A DNA stretch of 61,254 nt, filler included, from Nemertoderma westbladi (GCA_032718475.1; 3 parts of 3 records of this genome joined end to end with filler, not necessarily neighbours in it); one strand, 5' to 3'; shown: positions 1-12,605, counted from the whole stretch's first letter. Translations and numbers: made by a program. Notes: generated from the sequence alone by a model not told the origin.

Positions 1-120
1 ATGTCTGTACTTGTAGAACAGCAATTGATCTGGAATTAACCCAGTTAGCTGATTGGCTGCAATTTGTTTCTGTTGATTGCTGTGTCAGCGCTATAACATC
101 TATGAACCTGTTCTGTATTT

Positions 121-620
121 TATCTCCAGGCCTGAGATAGTATCTCCGGGCCGGACTTAGTATCTCCGGGCCTGAGATAGTATCTCCGGGCCAGACTTAG
201 TATCTCCGGGCCTGAGATAGTATCTCCGGGCCGGACTTAGTATCTCCAGGCCTGAGATAGTATCTCCGGGCCGGACTTAGTATCTCCAGGCCTGAGATAG
301 TATCTCCGGGCCGGACTTAGTATCTCAGGGCCTGAGATAGTATCTCCGGGCCTGAGATAGTATCTCCGGGCCGGACTTAGTATCTCAGGGCCTGAGATAG
401 TATCTCCGGGCCTGAGATAGTATCTCCGGGCCAGACTTAGTATCTCCGGGCCTGAGATAGTATCTCCGGGCCAGACATAGTATCTCCGGGCCTGAGATAG
501 TATCTCCGGGCCAGACTTAGTATCTCCGGGCCTGAGATAGTATCTCCGGGCCAGACTTAGTATCTCCGGGCCTGAGATAGTATCTCCGGGCCGGACTTAG
601 TATCCCTGGGCCGGACTTAG
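121..620. repeat. 20-bp minisatellite (TATCTCCGGGCCTGAGATAG / TATCTCCGGGCC(G/A)GACTTAG), about 25 units, mostly alternating as a 40-bp dimer
   Basis: Seen directly. The first unit type is self-complementary (TATCTC...GAGATA). Confidence 0.95.
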
Positions 621-1199
621 AAAAAAAAGGGGAAACCCATGTCCCTTTAGGGGCTCCGTAGTATTACATTATATGGGAGGCAGTTTTTTGGTTGATATGA
701 GTCATTCTTGGTTTGCATCTTCCAATCCCATCTGATTAATGTATAGGGTATAGATAGACTGATTAATACGGAATACACATTTCAGAGTCATTGAATTTTT
801 ATGGATTATTTATTCTAACCCTTTTTCAAATTAATTTAAATTATATTTTCGTAATATTTGTTAATGAAATTATGTATTCAATGTCTATTGATTGTTGTCT
901 TGTTGATTATTGATATCTATTGATATTGTTGTATAAAATAACAAAATATATTTTGATTTTACGTATTCTTTATTTTATAAATCTTAATGCGGCCGTCACT
1001 GCCGTTTTGATCTACTGTAAACTGTCGTATGTTATTTTAATGGATGTGCAACTTATTAACTTCTTCTTTCTTTTAACTTCGGCGCAATCAAATATAACTG
1101 TAACCGTAGCGTAAGCATAGACTTTCGTCTATTGTTTTGTGGTGGCAAATTAAATTATGATATTAAAAAAATGTCAAATTAACCCTATCTAACCCGGGC

Positions 1200-2125
1200 T
1201 ATTTTACAACGAAATAGAAATTATTTAGATCTTGGCTCAAAAATTACAATTTTGATGGTATAAGTGTTTTCGAGGTCGCTGATCACGATTAAACTTGTTA
1301 AATTATTTTCTGGCAATGCAACCATAAGTTTTGGTGCTATTTTGGTCCCCCAGGACGAAAAGTACTAGGCCTACAAGTAAAAAAATGTCAAACTTAAAAA
1401 ATTTGTATTTGGTTTGATAATTCAGAACGAAGAGTTTTCGAGGTCGGTGATCACGATGAAACTATTTGTAAATATTTCTGGTAAACGCAAACCCAATTTA
1501 GGTGCCATTCTGGTGCCCCAGAATGAAAATTACAAGTAACGGTAGCACAAAATTATAAACGGTTAAATTTTGCCTTTGCTTTGGTAATTCTGAAGCTATT
1601 CTGATTTCGAAGGACTGATTTTGATCGCGATACAACTCGTTAAAAATCATTCGTGGTAACGCAACTATCATTTTTGGTGCTTGTCAGGAGGGACGAAAAA
1701 TACAAATAGCAAAATATTTCAAACGACAAAAATCGAATTTTTTGGATAATACGATATTTTTGAGTGTCATATTCGTGATCAGAGTCCAAAAAACCCGTAA
1801 GGTCTAGAAATCAGGTTGATTTGGTAATGATTTTTGATTATCCAATTTGTGTTACTTGTATTTTTTTTCGTGCCGCACATTGACACATATCCAAAAATGA
1901 CCTAATCAACAATGTACGATATATTTCAGTGTCATATTCGTGATTAGCATGCCAAAAAACCTATATGGTCATAAAATTAATTTGATTTTGTGGTGATTTT
2001 TTCGTTATCCTATTTGTAATACTTGTTTTTTTCGTGCCCAAGTGGACACATTCAAAATTACCAAGAATGTTTCGAATCTTATATTTGAGTTCTATAATCG
2101 TGATCAGTGTCCAAAAAACCGCTAT
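1200..2125. mobile_element. Decayed foldback/MITE-like element with mirrored subrepeats
   Basis: TTTTCGAGGTCG(C/G)TGATCACGA-like motifs at about 1267, 1435 and 1605 are mirrored by TCGTGATCAG.GTCCAAAAAACC-like motifs at about 1772, 1938 and 2098. Termini not resolved. Confidence 0.5.
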
Positions 2126-2711
2126 ATATTCGCTCATCCTTGCCGTTGTCCCGGGTACTCTCCGTTCGCCGTATAAATAAGCAAGTATACAGTGCAGCAG
2201 TGCTTGTACCGGTGACTGCTGTACTTGTGTACTGTACTAATGTAGCAGTACCTGCCTAACAAACTGCCTAATTTACACCAATATAGTATTAGGTATCTGA
2301 ATGTTGATATCAATGGGATTCCGAGGCGTACAGTGACGTAACGACCAATCACAGATCGTTTTCAAATTTTGAATAACTTTTAAGCTGAAAACACCAATAT
2401 CTCGGCTATTGTAACATCTTATTGAATTCTGTAAACGCCATTGTGTTTCTGTGATATTATTGCATCTAATTAATATGGTTTTGAATTTGAGTGATGAACC
2501 CGGCATAAAAGCGGGGTTATGTAACCTTAACCGAGATTTATCATTTATTGGGCGACGGTTCAGTGTAAATTTTTTCAATTTATTAAGGTCAGAAAGAATA
2601 TACTAATATACATCTATTCAATTTCCATTAATACATTTTGCGCAAAATTTCCTTCTTCCCCTTAAGGCATTTTAACATCCCTTTTCTCAATCGCTATTTA
2701 TTCTGGTATTC

Positions 2712-2822
2712 GAACTGTGTGTGTGTGGGAGAGAACTGTGTGTGTGTGGGAGAGAACTGTGTGTGTGTGGGAGAGAACTGTGTGTGTGTGGGAGAGAATT
2801 GTGTGTGTGTGTCGGAGAGAAT
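2712..2822. repeat. 21-bp minisatellite GAACTGTGTGTGTGTGGGAGA x5
   Basis: Seen directly. It produces the ENCVCVG repeat in the ORF track. Confidence 0.9.
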
Positions 2823-3142
2823 TGAAATAATTCTATAGGTAATGAATTTTAAAACATCCCGTAATTTTTGTGCGAAGCAAATTTTATAATTTGAGAAATC
2901 GAACCAAAAGTTATTCGTTGTTATCAAAAGTTTCGTACGGGGATTTTCATAAGCAGTATTTCCGTTGTATTACAGTTTTGGAATACAACTTATTCCTACA
3001 TTACATACTAAATACGTATTTTTTGTATCTGTATATATACAGTTTCGCGTTCATTCATGTAATAATCCACTCATTAACACTACGTAATAAATCATTGTCT
3101 GATAAAATCATTATTTAATTCACATTTCAGGATTTACTCTGA

Positions 3143-3303
3143 ATGGATTTATCAATGGGATCGTCTACTTCAAATAGTTCGGATATTGACCTTAACTGTG
3201 AGGAAAACATTGTGGATCATGTTAAAGCTCACCATAAAGGTCATGATGTAACAGTTAAAATATTGAAGAAGACAGGGTTCACTCCCAAACCAATTAATGG
3301 CGG
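3143..3303 (+). CDS. Putative first coding exon of an unidentified gene (MDLSMGSSTSNSSDIDLNCEENIVDHVKAHHKGHDVTVKILKKTGFTPKPING...)
   Basis: Acceptor TTTCAG at 3130, ATG at 3143, open frame to donor GG|GTGAGT (phase 2). No family recognised. Confidence 0.45.
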
Positions 3304-3646
3304 GTGAGTTTACAGGATAGTTAGTTAGTTGTTTATTGACATAATTTTTGAGATGGAAACTCGCATGTAATTCAAACCCTTCACCAATAGAGACACACAC
3401 ATTGATACATTGGCTACATACGTTTAATGCAATAATACCCTCCACCAATACACACTTAAAATTAAGTCCAATTATACGCCGCTTCGTAATGCAAAAATGC
3501 GAAAAAAAAAAGAAAAATTCAATATATGTACATAACGCTCGTTTTTGTTCGTGTTCGTGAAATGGGCTATACTTAATGAGATGTATACTTAATTATTTGA
3601 TTTATTATTAATTTACGGTTATTTTAATCCCTTCCTTGTTATTAAT

Positions 3647-6600
3647 TTATACTTGTGCGGGCTCTAATACTTTAATAATTTTATGGCACATTGATGCGGA
3701 TCGGGTTCCGAGGTTATCAAATACTCTGGATAGGGATGACGATGGTGGTGGAAAGTCGAAATCCAAGCGAATACTTTCGGTTAGTGGGCAGACAAAGAAT
3801 ATGTGATGATCTGATTGGGTAGAACCACATAAGCATTTACGATTCTCTCTCGGAATCCGAGACCATCGGAGTATCTCCATTGGTAGCCGATGGGAACTCA
3901 ATCTGATCCTTGAAAATGAGATTCTCTCCCACTCGGGTACATTAGGATCAGAGTATAATTCGTGGGGTTTCTGAGTTGGGTTGTATGCCACATAATTCAC
4001 ACACCTTGTCGTTATGGCTGTAAGAGTTCGATCTTTTGCAGCTTGGAGTTCCGACATGACATGACCCGTATCTAATAGCTCTTTGGCGTATTTTCCCATT
4101 GGTGAGTTTACTGATGTAGCTTCGTTCATAATGTAGTTATGATAACTGTCTTTATATCCAGGCCGTGAGGACAATGACCTCAGGAACTTTAACTGCCGAT
4201 TCTTAATGATACTCTTGACATGTTCAGTGCCAGTTTCAATAAGGACGAGATCATTTGGTGTTGTTAATCGAACTGAGAGTAGTTGTTTAAGCGTTCTGTA
4301 AAACACTGAAACAATTGGTTTGATGTTATTACATAACCATGTTTCGCATCCGTATAATAGCGAAGATTGGAGAGCAGCCTGCCATACTGACTTCTTCACG
4401 GTAAAGGGAGCGTCACAGTTTTTGCCGAGGAATGAAGTGAATTTGTGGCAGTTACCAATACGCATCTTAATTTCGTCATCAATTAGAACCGCTACGGGGT
4501 GAATTGATATTAAAGATCCCAAATAGACATATGAGGATACAATTGAGATTGTGATGTTCCCTATCAAGATGGGGATTCTGTCGCTATCGAGAGTGGATGA
4601 GGTCAGAAATTTCGACTTTTTAGGATGTAAAGTCATTCCAATTTCATCGCATACATCTTTAAGGATGTTAAGTTTATCAGTTAACTTTGCTCGGGAGGTA
4701 GCCAATACACATGTGTCATCCATTAATAATGTTCCATGAAGAGAATCTAGCCAACTGTCCTTTCCTAAACGATCCATTTTTGTAATCGTAGGGTCTATGT
4801 GTGTACAAAATAGTGGACAGCTGGAAGGCTTACCCTGTCCTACACCGCCCGTACTCTCAAACGTTGTGTTGCCTATTACATTTATAGTTTCCTGCATTGA
4901 TACTGATAAAGCCATAAGAAACCTTCTGCCACAACCCATCTGTTTCAATTACCTGAGTAAGACTATCCTGTCAACTTTGTCATAGGCCTTCTCGTAGTCG
5001 ATGAAGGCAATGAATAACTCTCGCTTTGTTTTGATGGCAATATCGATTGCCAAACGAACACACAATATCTGTTCAGTACAGCCTCGTCCCTTCTGTGCGC
5101 CTGCCTGATATTGAGACGGTTTCGACCATAAATTAAAACGCTCAGTAAGGACGGAGTCGTACAATTTAGACAAGGCCGGAGCGACCGAAATTCCCCGATA
5201 ATTCTCTGGTAGTGACTTAATTCCTTTCTTAAAAATCGTAAACATCAGGGAAGTGGACCAATCTGTGGGGTATGGGACCTTACCAGAGAAAACATCATTA
5301 AAGCATAAAGTAACTGCAATTAGCCAGTCATCGCTTAATAATTTGAGGATTCCTGGAGGTAGACCATCTATTCCTGCCGATTTTGAAGCTTTAAATTTCG
5401 CTAAGCAGATTGAAACTTCGTTCGGGTTTATATCGCTGTCTAGAATTGGAATAAAGATTTCTATTGACTTTATTTCGTTGTTAATTACATCTGTGATAGA
5501 TTGTGCATGTTCCTGAGAAGATAACAGCTGCTTGAAATAAGCGGCGAATTGCTCACTAGAAGGGCTTTCTGAGTATTTTTTTGAGATAAGTTGAGAGTTA
5601 TAGCAAATAGACCCATTCCAATCTATTGCATTCCAAATAGTTTTCCGGTCGACTTTATTGACTAACCACTTCCATCTATTATTTGAGTTCCTTTCGTGTG
5701 TACTGCGGTTAATAGGCATGATGGGTGGTTTCTTTTGAGTTTTCGATTGTATAGCTAGATTTGTTAGGGTTGTTGTTATTACTGAGTGCATGTTGTCACC
5801 GCTTTGTGGCCTGGGTATGTTGCTAAGCCGTTGTTTGAACAATTTGTGGTTGATCGAGTTATAGTGCAGTTTTGGCTTATTATTTGGTATTAATGGTTGT
5901 ACAGAAATACCTAATTGTGATGAGCGTGCTACTAGACTTGACACATCAAGGGGTTTAATTTTTAACTCAAAAGATAAACCGGCATGATTAGTGCAATCTA
6001 GATTCTGTAGGAAATTTAAATATGTAAAATGCTGCAACAACTCGGCTGAGCAGATCACCCAATCAACTTGGGATACCCAGTTCGTGCCCTGTCTAAATGT
6101 GAGGCTGCCGTTGAAGCTATTGCCTGTTAAAATTGCATGATTCAAAGGTTTTAAATTATGCAGTTGACATAGCTGTTTTAATTCACGGCCGTTTGCATTT
6201 AACTTATTATCAACATTTCCTGAGTATGTTAAGGTGGTACCATGTTTCAACAAGTTGTCACTAAATAAATTTAAATCGTTCATCCTAGCATTAAAATCTC
6301 CAAATATGACAAGTTTGTTAAATAAATGGCACTGTTCACTAATATGTGCAAAGGAATCGAGCGTAAAAAATGGAGAGTCAGAGGGTGTAATATATATTGC
6401 ACCGTATATAATGTCCCTATCGAAAATAAATGAAAACCACACTTGGTCTTTATATACAGTTATATCACTTACCCCCTCCCATAGAGCTGATCGGATAAAT
6501 ACACCGGTTCCACCGCAGCGTGATTCTCCTGGGATTCGTTGACTGCGAGTAAATACATAACCAGGAAGTCCTACTTGGTGCTGGGTTTTAAGTTCTGTTA

Positions 6601-6706
6601 CCACAATAATATCATAATCGTACAAAATGTCAGTAAAAACTTTCGATTCAAATTTACCTCCAATTCAATTAATATTACAGCACAATACAGATAGTGAGTT
6701 TTCCAT
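3647..6706 (-). pseudogene. LINE ORF2 (apurinic endonuclease, reverse transcriptase, CCHC finger) with two in-frame stops
   Basis: ATG 6706, NIN*I (TGA 6665-6667), VTELK, GDFNAR, QVDWV, NHAG, YRGIS, FIDYEKAYD, TAA 4949-4951, GVGQGKPSS, LMDD, YLGS, RLSSHRL...CLC...H...C. One reading frame throughout. Confidence 0.9.
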
Positions 6707-6714
6707 CTCAGTTT

Positions 6715-7602
6715 TTAAAAAAACCGCGGGTTATACTTATCAACAAGCTTACCGTCGACGAGTAAGCCTCTCTGTTTCCCGTCGATTCGTATTTCCTTTC
6801 CCTGATTTTCAGGTTTTGCCTTCTCTGCTTTTAGCGATTCGAATAACCGGGACTTTTCTTTCCGTACCGCTGGATGGGTGTCTCGTCGAATAAATATTTT
6901 CTCATATTCTGCACCGGCTTCTTTGAGGGATTTTGAGTTATTGATAATGTCATTGACAGTGGATCTGTCATTGAAAACCAACTTCAGTGGTCTGTTATAA
7001 CCTGGTTTAGCATTACCAATTCGTTCGCTGTTTACAAAACTCGTGCTGAAATGTTGAAGAGACATAGCGCCTAGAACCGCCATGCATTTCTCATCATCCG
7101 ACGTTGCCTTTGAATCGTTAGGATTGTTGAGTACGGTGTATTCCGGAACTCCTATTACAATAATATTTAAGGAGCGCTTCTCGCGATCGAGATATTCCAA
7201 GTACCTTTGTTGATTAGAAACTGTTTCATTCAGCACTGTGCTATCTTCCTGCAGTCCTTCAACCGTTACAGTTAAGGATTTATTCTCGATTTTTAACGTG
7301 TTAACTTCGGATCTCAGTACACGATTCTCTTCGCGCAGTTCTTGCAGTTGCGTTTCAATTCGGGATTGCGATTGCAACAGGGAGCTAACCCACGCAGGAG
7401 TGTTCAACGAGTCGATGTTAGTAGTGTCGTTACCGGTATCAATGGAGCTTCTCCGTTGGGATTGCGAGAAGTTAAACGAAGCTGCAGGTGCACCCAAACG
7501 CGTATCTCTACATTTGGAGCACAGGCCGGCCCCAGTTAATTTAGTTTGAGTTCCATTGCAGTCAATACACTGCGGCATTATTTTATCGTTGATCAAGTAC
7601 AA
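6715..7602 (-). CDS. LINE ORF1 protein (N-terminal Cys cluster, coiled coil, RRM-like and C-terminal domains)
   Basis: CIDC...CSKC, a heptad-rich segment, then NIIVIGVPE...RIG...RPLKLVF...IFIRRD, the pattern typical of LINE ORF1 proteins. Confidence 0.85.
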   Translation of the reverse strand: MYLINDKIMPQCIDCNGTQTKLTGAGLCSKCRDTRLGAPAASFNFSQSQRRSSIDTGNDTTNIDSLNTPAWVSSLLQSQSRIETQLQELREENRVLRSEVNTLKIENKSLTVTVEGLQEDSTVLNETVSNQQRYLEYLDREKRSLNIIVIGVPEYTVLNNPNDSKATSDDEKCMAVLGAMSLQHFSTSFVNSERIGNAKPGYNRPLKLVFNDRSTVNDIINNSKSLKEAGAEYEKIFIRRDTHPAVRKEKSRLFESLKAEKAKPENQGKEIRIDGKQRGLLVDGKLVDKYNPRFF

Positions 7603-7728
7603 AGTACGCGTAGCGGCATAGGCAAAACAGCAGTATATACAGTCGTTACAGCAATACTTTTTTGACGCAATGCAGTAGTACAGTTGCGATACATTGACTC
7701 CATGAGTAACATTTTATTCCTAGAACAG

Positions 7729-7779
7729 TAAACGATACTGCCTAAACTTTAATATTAAATATTATAAATTTAAGATGAG
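7729..7779 (+). CDS. Putative exon 2 of the same gene (GKRYCLNFNIKYYKFKMR)
   Basis: Acceptor ATTTTATTCCTAGAACAG| and donor GAG|GTATGT. Phases 2/2 join 3303 and 11086 in frame. Requires use of CAG rather than the TAG 5 nt upstream. Confidence 0.4.
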
Positions 7780-10700
7780 GTATGTGTACGAACAATCCTG
7801 TCTATGTATGTATACGAACAATCCTGTCTAGGTATGTGTACGAACAATCCTGTCTATGTATGTGTACGAACAATCATGTCTAGGTATGTGTACGAACAAT
7901 CATGTCTAGGTATGTGTACAAACAATCCTGTCTAGGTATGTGTACGAACAATCCTGTCTAGGTATGTGCACGAACAATCCTGTCTATGTATGTGTACGAA
8001 CAATCATGTCTAGGTATGTGTACGAACAATCATGTCTAGGTATGTGTACAAACAATCCTGTCTAGGTATGTGTACGAACAATCATGTCTAGGTATGTGTA
8101 CGAACAATCCTGTCTAGGTATGTGTACGAACAATCATGTCTAGGTATGTGTACGAACAATCATGTCTAGGTATGTGTACGAACAATCATGTCTAGGTATG
8201 TGTACGAACAATCCTGTCTAGGTATGTGTACGAACAATCATGTCTAGGTATGTGTACGAACAATCATGTCTAGGTATGTGTACGAACAATCATGTCTAGG
8301 TATGTGTACGAACAATCCTGTCTAGGTATGTGTACGAACAATCCTGTCTATGTATGTGTACGAACAATCCTGTCTATGTATGTGTACGAACAATCCTGTC
8401 TATGTATGTGTACGAACAATCACGTCTAGGTATGTGTACGAACAATCATGTCTAGGTATGTGTACAAACAATCCTGTCTAGGTATGTGTACGAACAATCC
8501 TGTCTATGTATGTATACGAACAATCCTGTCTAGGTATGTGTACGAACAATCCTGTCTATGTATGTGTACGAACAATCCTGTCTATGTATGTGTACGAACA
8601 ATCCTGTCTATGTATGTGTACGAACAATCACGTCTAGGTATGTGTACGAACAATCATGTCTAGGTATGTGTACAAACAATCCTGTCTAGGTATGTGTACG
8701 AACAATCCTGTCTAGGTATGTGTACGAACAATCATGTCTAGGTATTTGTACAAACAATCCTGTCTAGGTATGTGTACGAACAATCCTGTCTAGGTATGTG
8801 TACGAACAATCCTGTCTAGGTATGTGTACAAACAATCCTGTCTAGGTATGTGTACGAACAATCCTGTCTAGGTATGTGTACGAACAATCATGTCTAGGTA
8901 TGTGTACAAACAATCCTGTCTAGGTATGTGTACGAACAATCCTGTCTAGGTATGTGTACGAACAATCCTGTCTATGTATGTGTACGAACAATCCTGTCTA
9001 TGTATGTGTACGAACAATCACGTCTAGGTATGTGTACGAACAATCATGTCTAGGTATGTGTACAAACAATCCTGTCTAGGTATGTGTACGAACAATCCTG
9101 TCTATGTATGTGTACGAACAATCCTGTCTATGTATGTGTACGAACAATCCTGTCTATGTATGTGTACGAACAATCACGTCTAGGTATGTGTACGAACAAT
9201 CATGTCTAGGTATGTGTACAAACAATCCTGTCTAGGTATGTGTACGAACAATCCTGTCTATGTATGTGTACGAACAATCCTGTCTATGTATGTGTACGAA
9301 CAATCACGTCTAGGTATGTGTACAAACAATCCTGTCTAGGTATGTGTACGAACAATCCTGTCTAGGTATGTGTACGAACAATCATGTCTAGGTATGTGTA
9401 CAAACAATCCTGTCTAGGTATGTGTACGAACAATCCTGTCTATGTATGTGTACGAACAATCATGTCTAGGTATGTGTACAAACAATCCTGTCTAGGTATG
9501 TGTACGAACAATCCTGTCTAGGTATGTGTACGAACAATCATGTCTAGGTATGTGTACAAACAATCCTGTCTAGGTATGTGTACGAACAATCCTGTCTAGG
9601 TATGTGTACGAACAATCCTGTCTAGGTATGTGTACGAACAATCATGTCTAGGTATGTGTACAAACAATCCTGTCTAGGTATGTGTACGAACAATCATGTC
9701 TAGGTATGTGTACAAACAATCCTGTCTAGGTATGTGTACGAACAATCCTGTCTATGTATGTGTACGAACAATCCTGTCTATGTATGTGTACGAACAATCA
9801 CGTCTAGGTATGTGTACAAACAATCCTGTCTAGGTATGTGTACGAACAATCCTGTCTAGGTATGTGTACGAACAATCATGTCTAGGTATGTGTACAAACA
9901 ATCCTGTCTAGGTATGTGTACGAACAATCCTGTCTATGTATGTGTACGAACAATCATGTCTAGGTATGTGTACAAACAATCCTGTCTAGGTATGTGTACG
10001 AACAATCCTGTCTAGGTATGTGTACGAACAATCATGTCTAGGTATGTGTACAAACAATCCTGTCTAGGTATGTGTACGAACAATCCTGTCTAGGTATGTG
10101 TACGAACAATCCTGTCTAGGTATGTGTACGAACAATCCTGTCTAGGTATGTGTACGAACAATCCTGTCTATGTATGTGTACGAACAATCATGTCTAGGTA
10201 TGTGTACAAACAATCCTGTCAGGTATGTGTACGAACAATCCTGTCTAGGTATGTGTACGAACAATCATGTCTAGGTATGTGTACAAACAATCCTGTCTAG
10301 GTATGTGTACGAACAATCCTGTCTAGGTATGTGTACGAACAATCCTGTCTAGGTATGTGTACGAACAATCATGTCTAGGTATGTGTACAAACAATCCTGT
10401 CTAGGTATGTGTACGAACAATCCTGTCTAGGTATGTGTACGAACAATCCTGTCTATGTATGTGTACGAACAATCCTGTCTATGTATGTGTACGAACAATC
10501 ACGTCTAGGTATGTGTACGAACAATCATGTCTAGGTATGTGTACAAACAATCCTGTCTAGGTATGTGTACGAACAATCCTGTCTATGTATGTGTACGAAC
10601 AATCCTGTCTATGTATGTGTACGAACAATCACGTCTAGGTATGTGTACGAACAATCATGTCTAGGTATGTGTACAAACAATCCTGTCTAGGTATGTGTAC

Positions 10701-11046
10701 GAACAATCCTGTCTAGGTATGTGTACGAACAATCCTGTCTAGGTATGTGTACCAACAATCATGTCTAGGTATGTGTACAAACAATCCTGTCTAGGTACGT
10801 GTACGAACAATCCTGTCTAGGTATGTGTACGAACAATCCTGTCTATTTATGTGTACGAACAATCCTGTCTATGTATGTGTACGAACAATCATGTCTAGGT
10901 ATGTGTACGAACAATCATGTCTAGGTATGTGTACGAACAATCCTGTCTATGTATGTGTACGAACAATCATGTCTAGGTATGTGTACGAACAATCCTGTCT
11001 ATGTATGTGTACGAACAATCATGTCAAGGTATGTGTACGAACAATA
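7780..11046 (+). repeat. 26-bp minisatellite GTATGTGTACGAACAATC(C/A)TGTCTA(G/T), about 125 units
   Basis: Seen directly. It begins exactly at GAG|GTATGT, and most junctions read CTAG|GTATGT. Confidence 0.97.
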
Positions 11047-11085
11047 TTAATATTTATAATCATAACTATACAATCGCCATGTTAG

Positions 11086-11170
11086 AAAATATAAAAACTT
11101 TATGCGCAGGGCGAAACAGTGGAAATCCTATCAATATGGGTATTGTAATCCCAAAAAAGAAACTGAAACG
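11086..11170 (+). CDS. Putative exon 3 of the same gene (KYKNFMRRAKQWKSYQYGYCNPKKETET)
   Basis: Acceptor TTAG|11086 (alternative CAG|11110 is also in frame), strong donor ACG|GTAAGT, open frame continuous with exon 2. Confidence 0.45.
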
Positions 11171-12231
11171 GTAAGTAACTACGGTTATATACTGTACAGC
11201 ACTACTGTCTGAAGTTTACAATAAATAATAATAAATTAAGTTATACTAAAACCGAGTCATAGAGTTATGTAAAGTACCGCTTCATTGAGCTTATTTAACA
11301 GCATATTAAAAATATCATTAAGGGGGGGGGGGGGGGGGGGGGCGCTTATTTAACACAGTCATTGAAAATCAATGGTAATGGGTCAATCGATAATTGAATG
11401 AACAATTTCCATTCCGAGATAATTATCTCGGAAAAGACCTTTAAAGTTTTTTTTCATCTTTTTCTTTCAGCCTTTAAAGTTTGTACCTTCCCGCGCAATA
11501 ACTGTCCGTCAATCAATATCTAGCAACAATAAAGCAAAAATCTATGTTAAGATTTTTGCTATGGGAGTTTTTCTGGTCGCTAATTTCATTTCTGAGGTCA
11601 GTTTACACTTTCAATGAAATCTATGCTGTCGATATGTCTGTCTGTCGGTCTTACTGACTATCCGACATTCTGTTCGTCAAATATAAGAAAAGCGCACACC
11701 ATATAGCTAAACGTTTAGCTATATGGCCTAGGGGTTTCCTGGTCGCAGAATTCATTTGGAGTGTCAGATTTTACATTTGATAACTTCCAAACTGTTTGTT
11801 TGGCTGTCATGTTTTCGGTTATTTTGACGAACAGACTGACAGGTATACAGACAGAAACGACGAAGCCAAATTTGAATTTTGACATCAGAAATGAAGTCAC
11901 CGACCACAAAAACCCATATAGGGCATTTTTTTTACACAGATATGCTTTTTATTAACGAACAGCTAGACATACTGACGGACAAACCGACAGTCAAACGGAC
12001 AGACAGCCATATATCATATCTTGCTAAACGGTTTTAAAATTTGAAATCTTTATAAAATTTGCTTTAGATGAAATAGAAAAAAAATTGCAAATTATTGAAA
12101 TAACGAAATTTGGAAATTTTACAAACTCAACTAAATACCCATATATCTTAGTAAATTTGATTCTAGAACACATTTACTGTTTCCGAGTATCATCGTGATA
12201 TTTGTATGCTTTACTATATGCATAGCTAATA

Positions 12232-12540
12232 ATGTCAGAGCGACATTCAGTGAAACGCTATTTTCCAAATGAACCAAACATTGTTGAATTGAGCCTTGCA
12301 TTGGATACTGAATTTGCGGCAATTGAGTTTGCCCAAAAATTCGGCCTGTTACCAACTAAGAATCTAAGCAATGAGCATTCATGTGAGCAATGTGGTGAGC
12401 CATGTTCACTGTATGTTTTGAATAATAAATATGGAATACCACGTCTCAACTGGCAATGCAAGAATAAGCACAGGAAATCTGCAAGATATGGTTCCTGGTT
12501 TAGTAAATCGGAGCTACTAATTCACCAAATTCTATTTATT
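12232..12540 (+). pseudogene. Merlin (IS1595/IS1016-like) transposase N-terminal zinc-ribbon fragment
   Basis: AIEFAQKFGLL...CEQCG...WQC...SARYGSWFSKS.L matches the Merlin N-terminal pattern as recalled. Truncated by a SINE tail at about 12541. Mirrored subterminal motifs at 11560-11920. Confidence 0.7.
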
Positions 12541-12605
12541 ATTATACATTTATTATAGGAAGGGATCTAGGGGTCTTAACAACCTCGAATGATAAGTTTA
12601 TTTTA
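12541..12605 (-). mobile_element. 3' tail fragment of the hammerhead-bearing SINE family
   Basis: TTATACATTTATTATAGGAAGGGATCTAGGGGTCTTAAC...CTCGAATGATAAGTTTATTTTA matches 40258-40318 and, in part, 21931-21968. Confidence 0.75.

Larger units (their letters stand above)
3595..7700 (-). mobile_element. Near full-length non-LTR retrotransposon (ORF1 plus APE-RT-CCHC ORF2)
   Basis: Two tandem ORFs separated by 8 bp, with domain motifs as listed below. Element ends approximate. Confidence 0.92.

Noticed and set aside
4320-7549. Short plus-strand ORFs over the LINE, and similar antisense ORFs over the RTEs and transposase
   Set aside because: They are shadows of the real opposite-strand ORFs and carry no independent motifs.
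8448-11085. Cys-rich ORFs (YEQSCL.MCTNNPV) in the 26-bp array
   Set aside because: Chance open frames where TAG-to-TAT variants cluster. The unit length is not a multiple of three.
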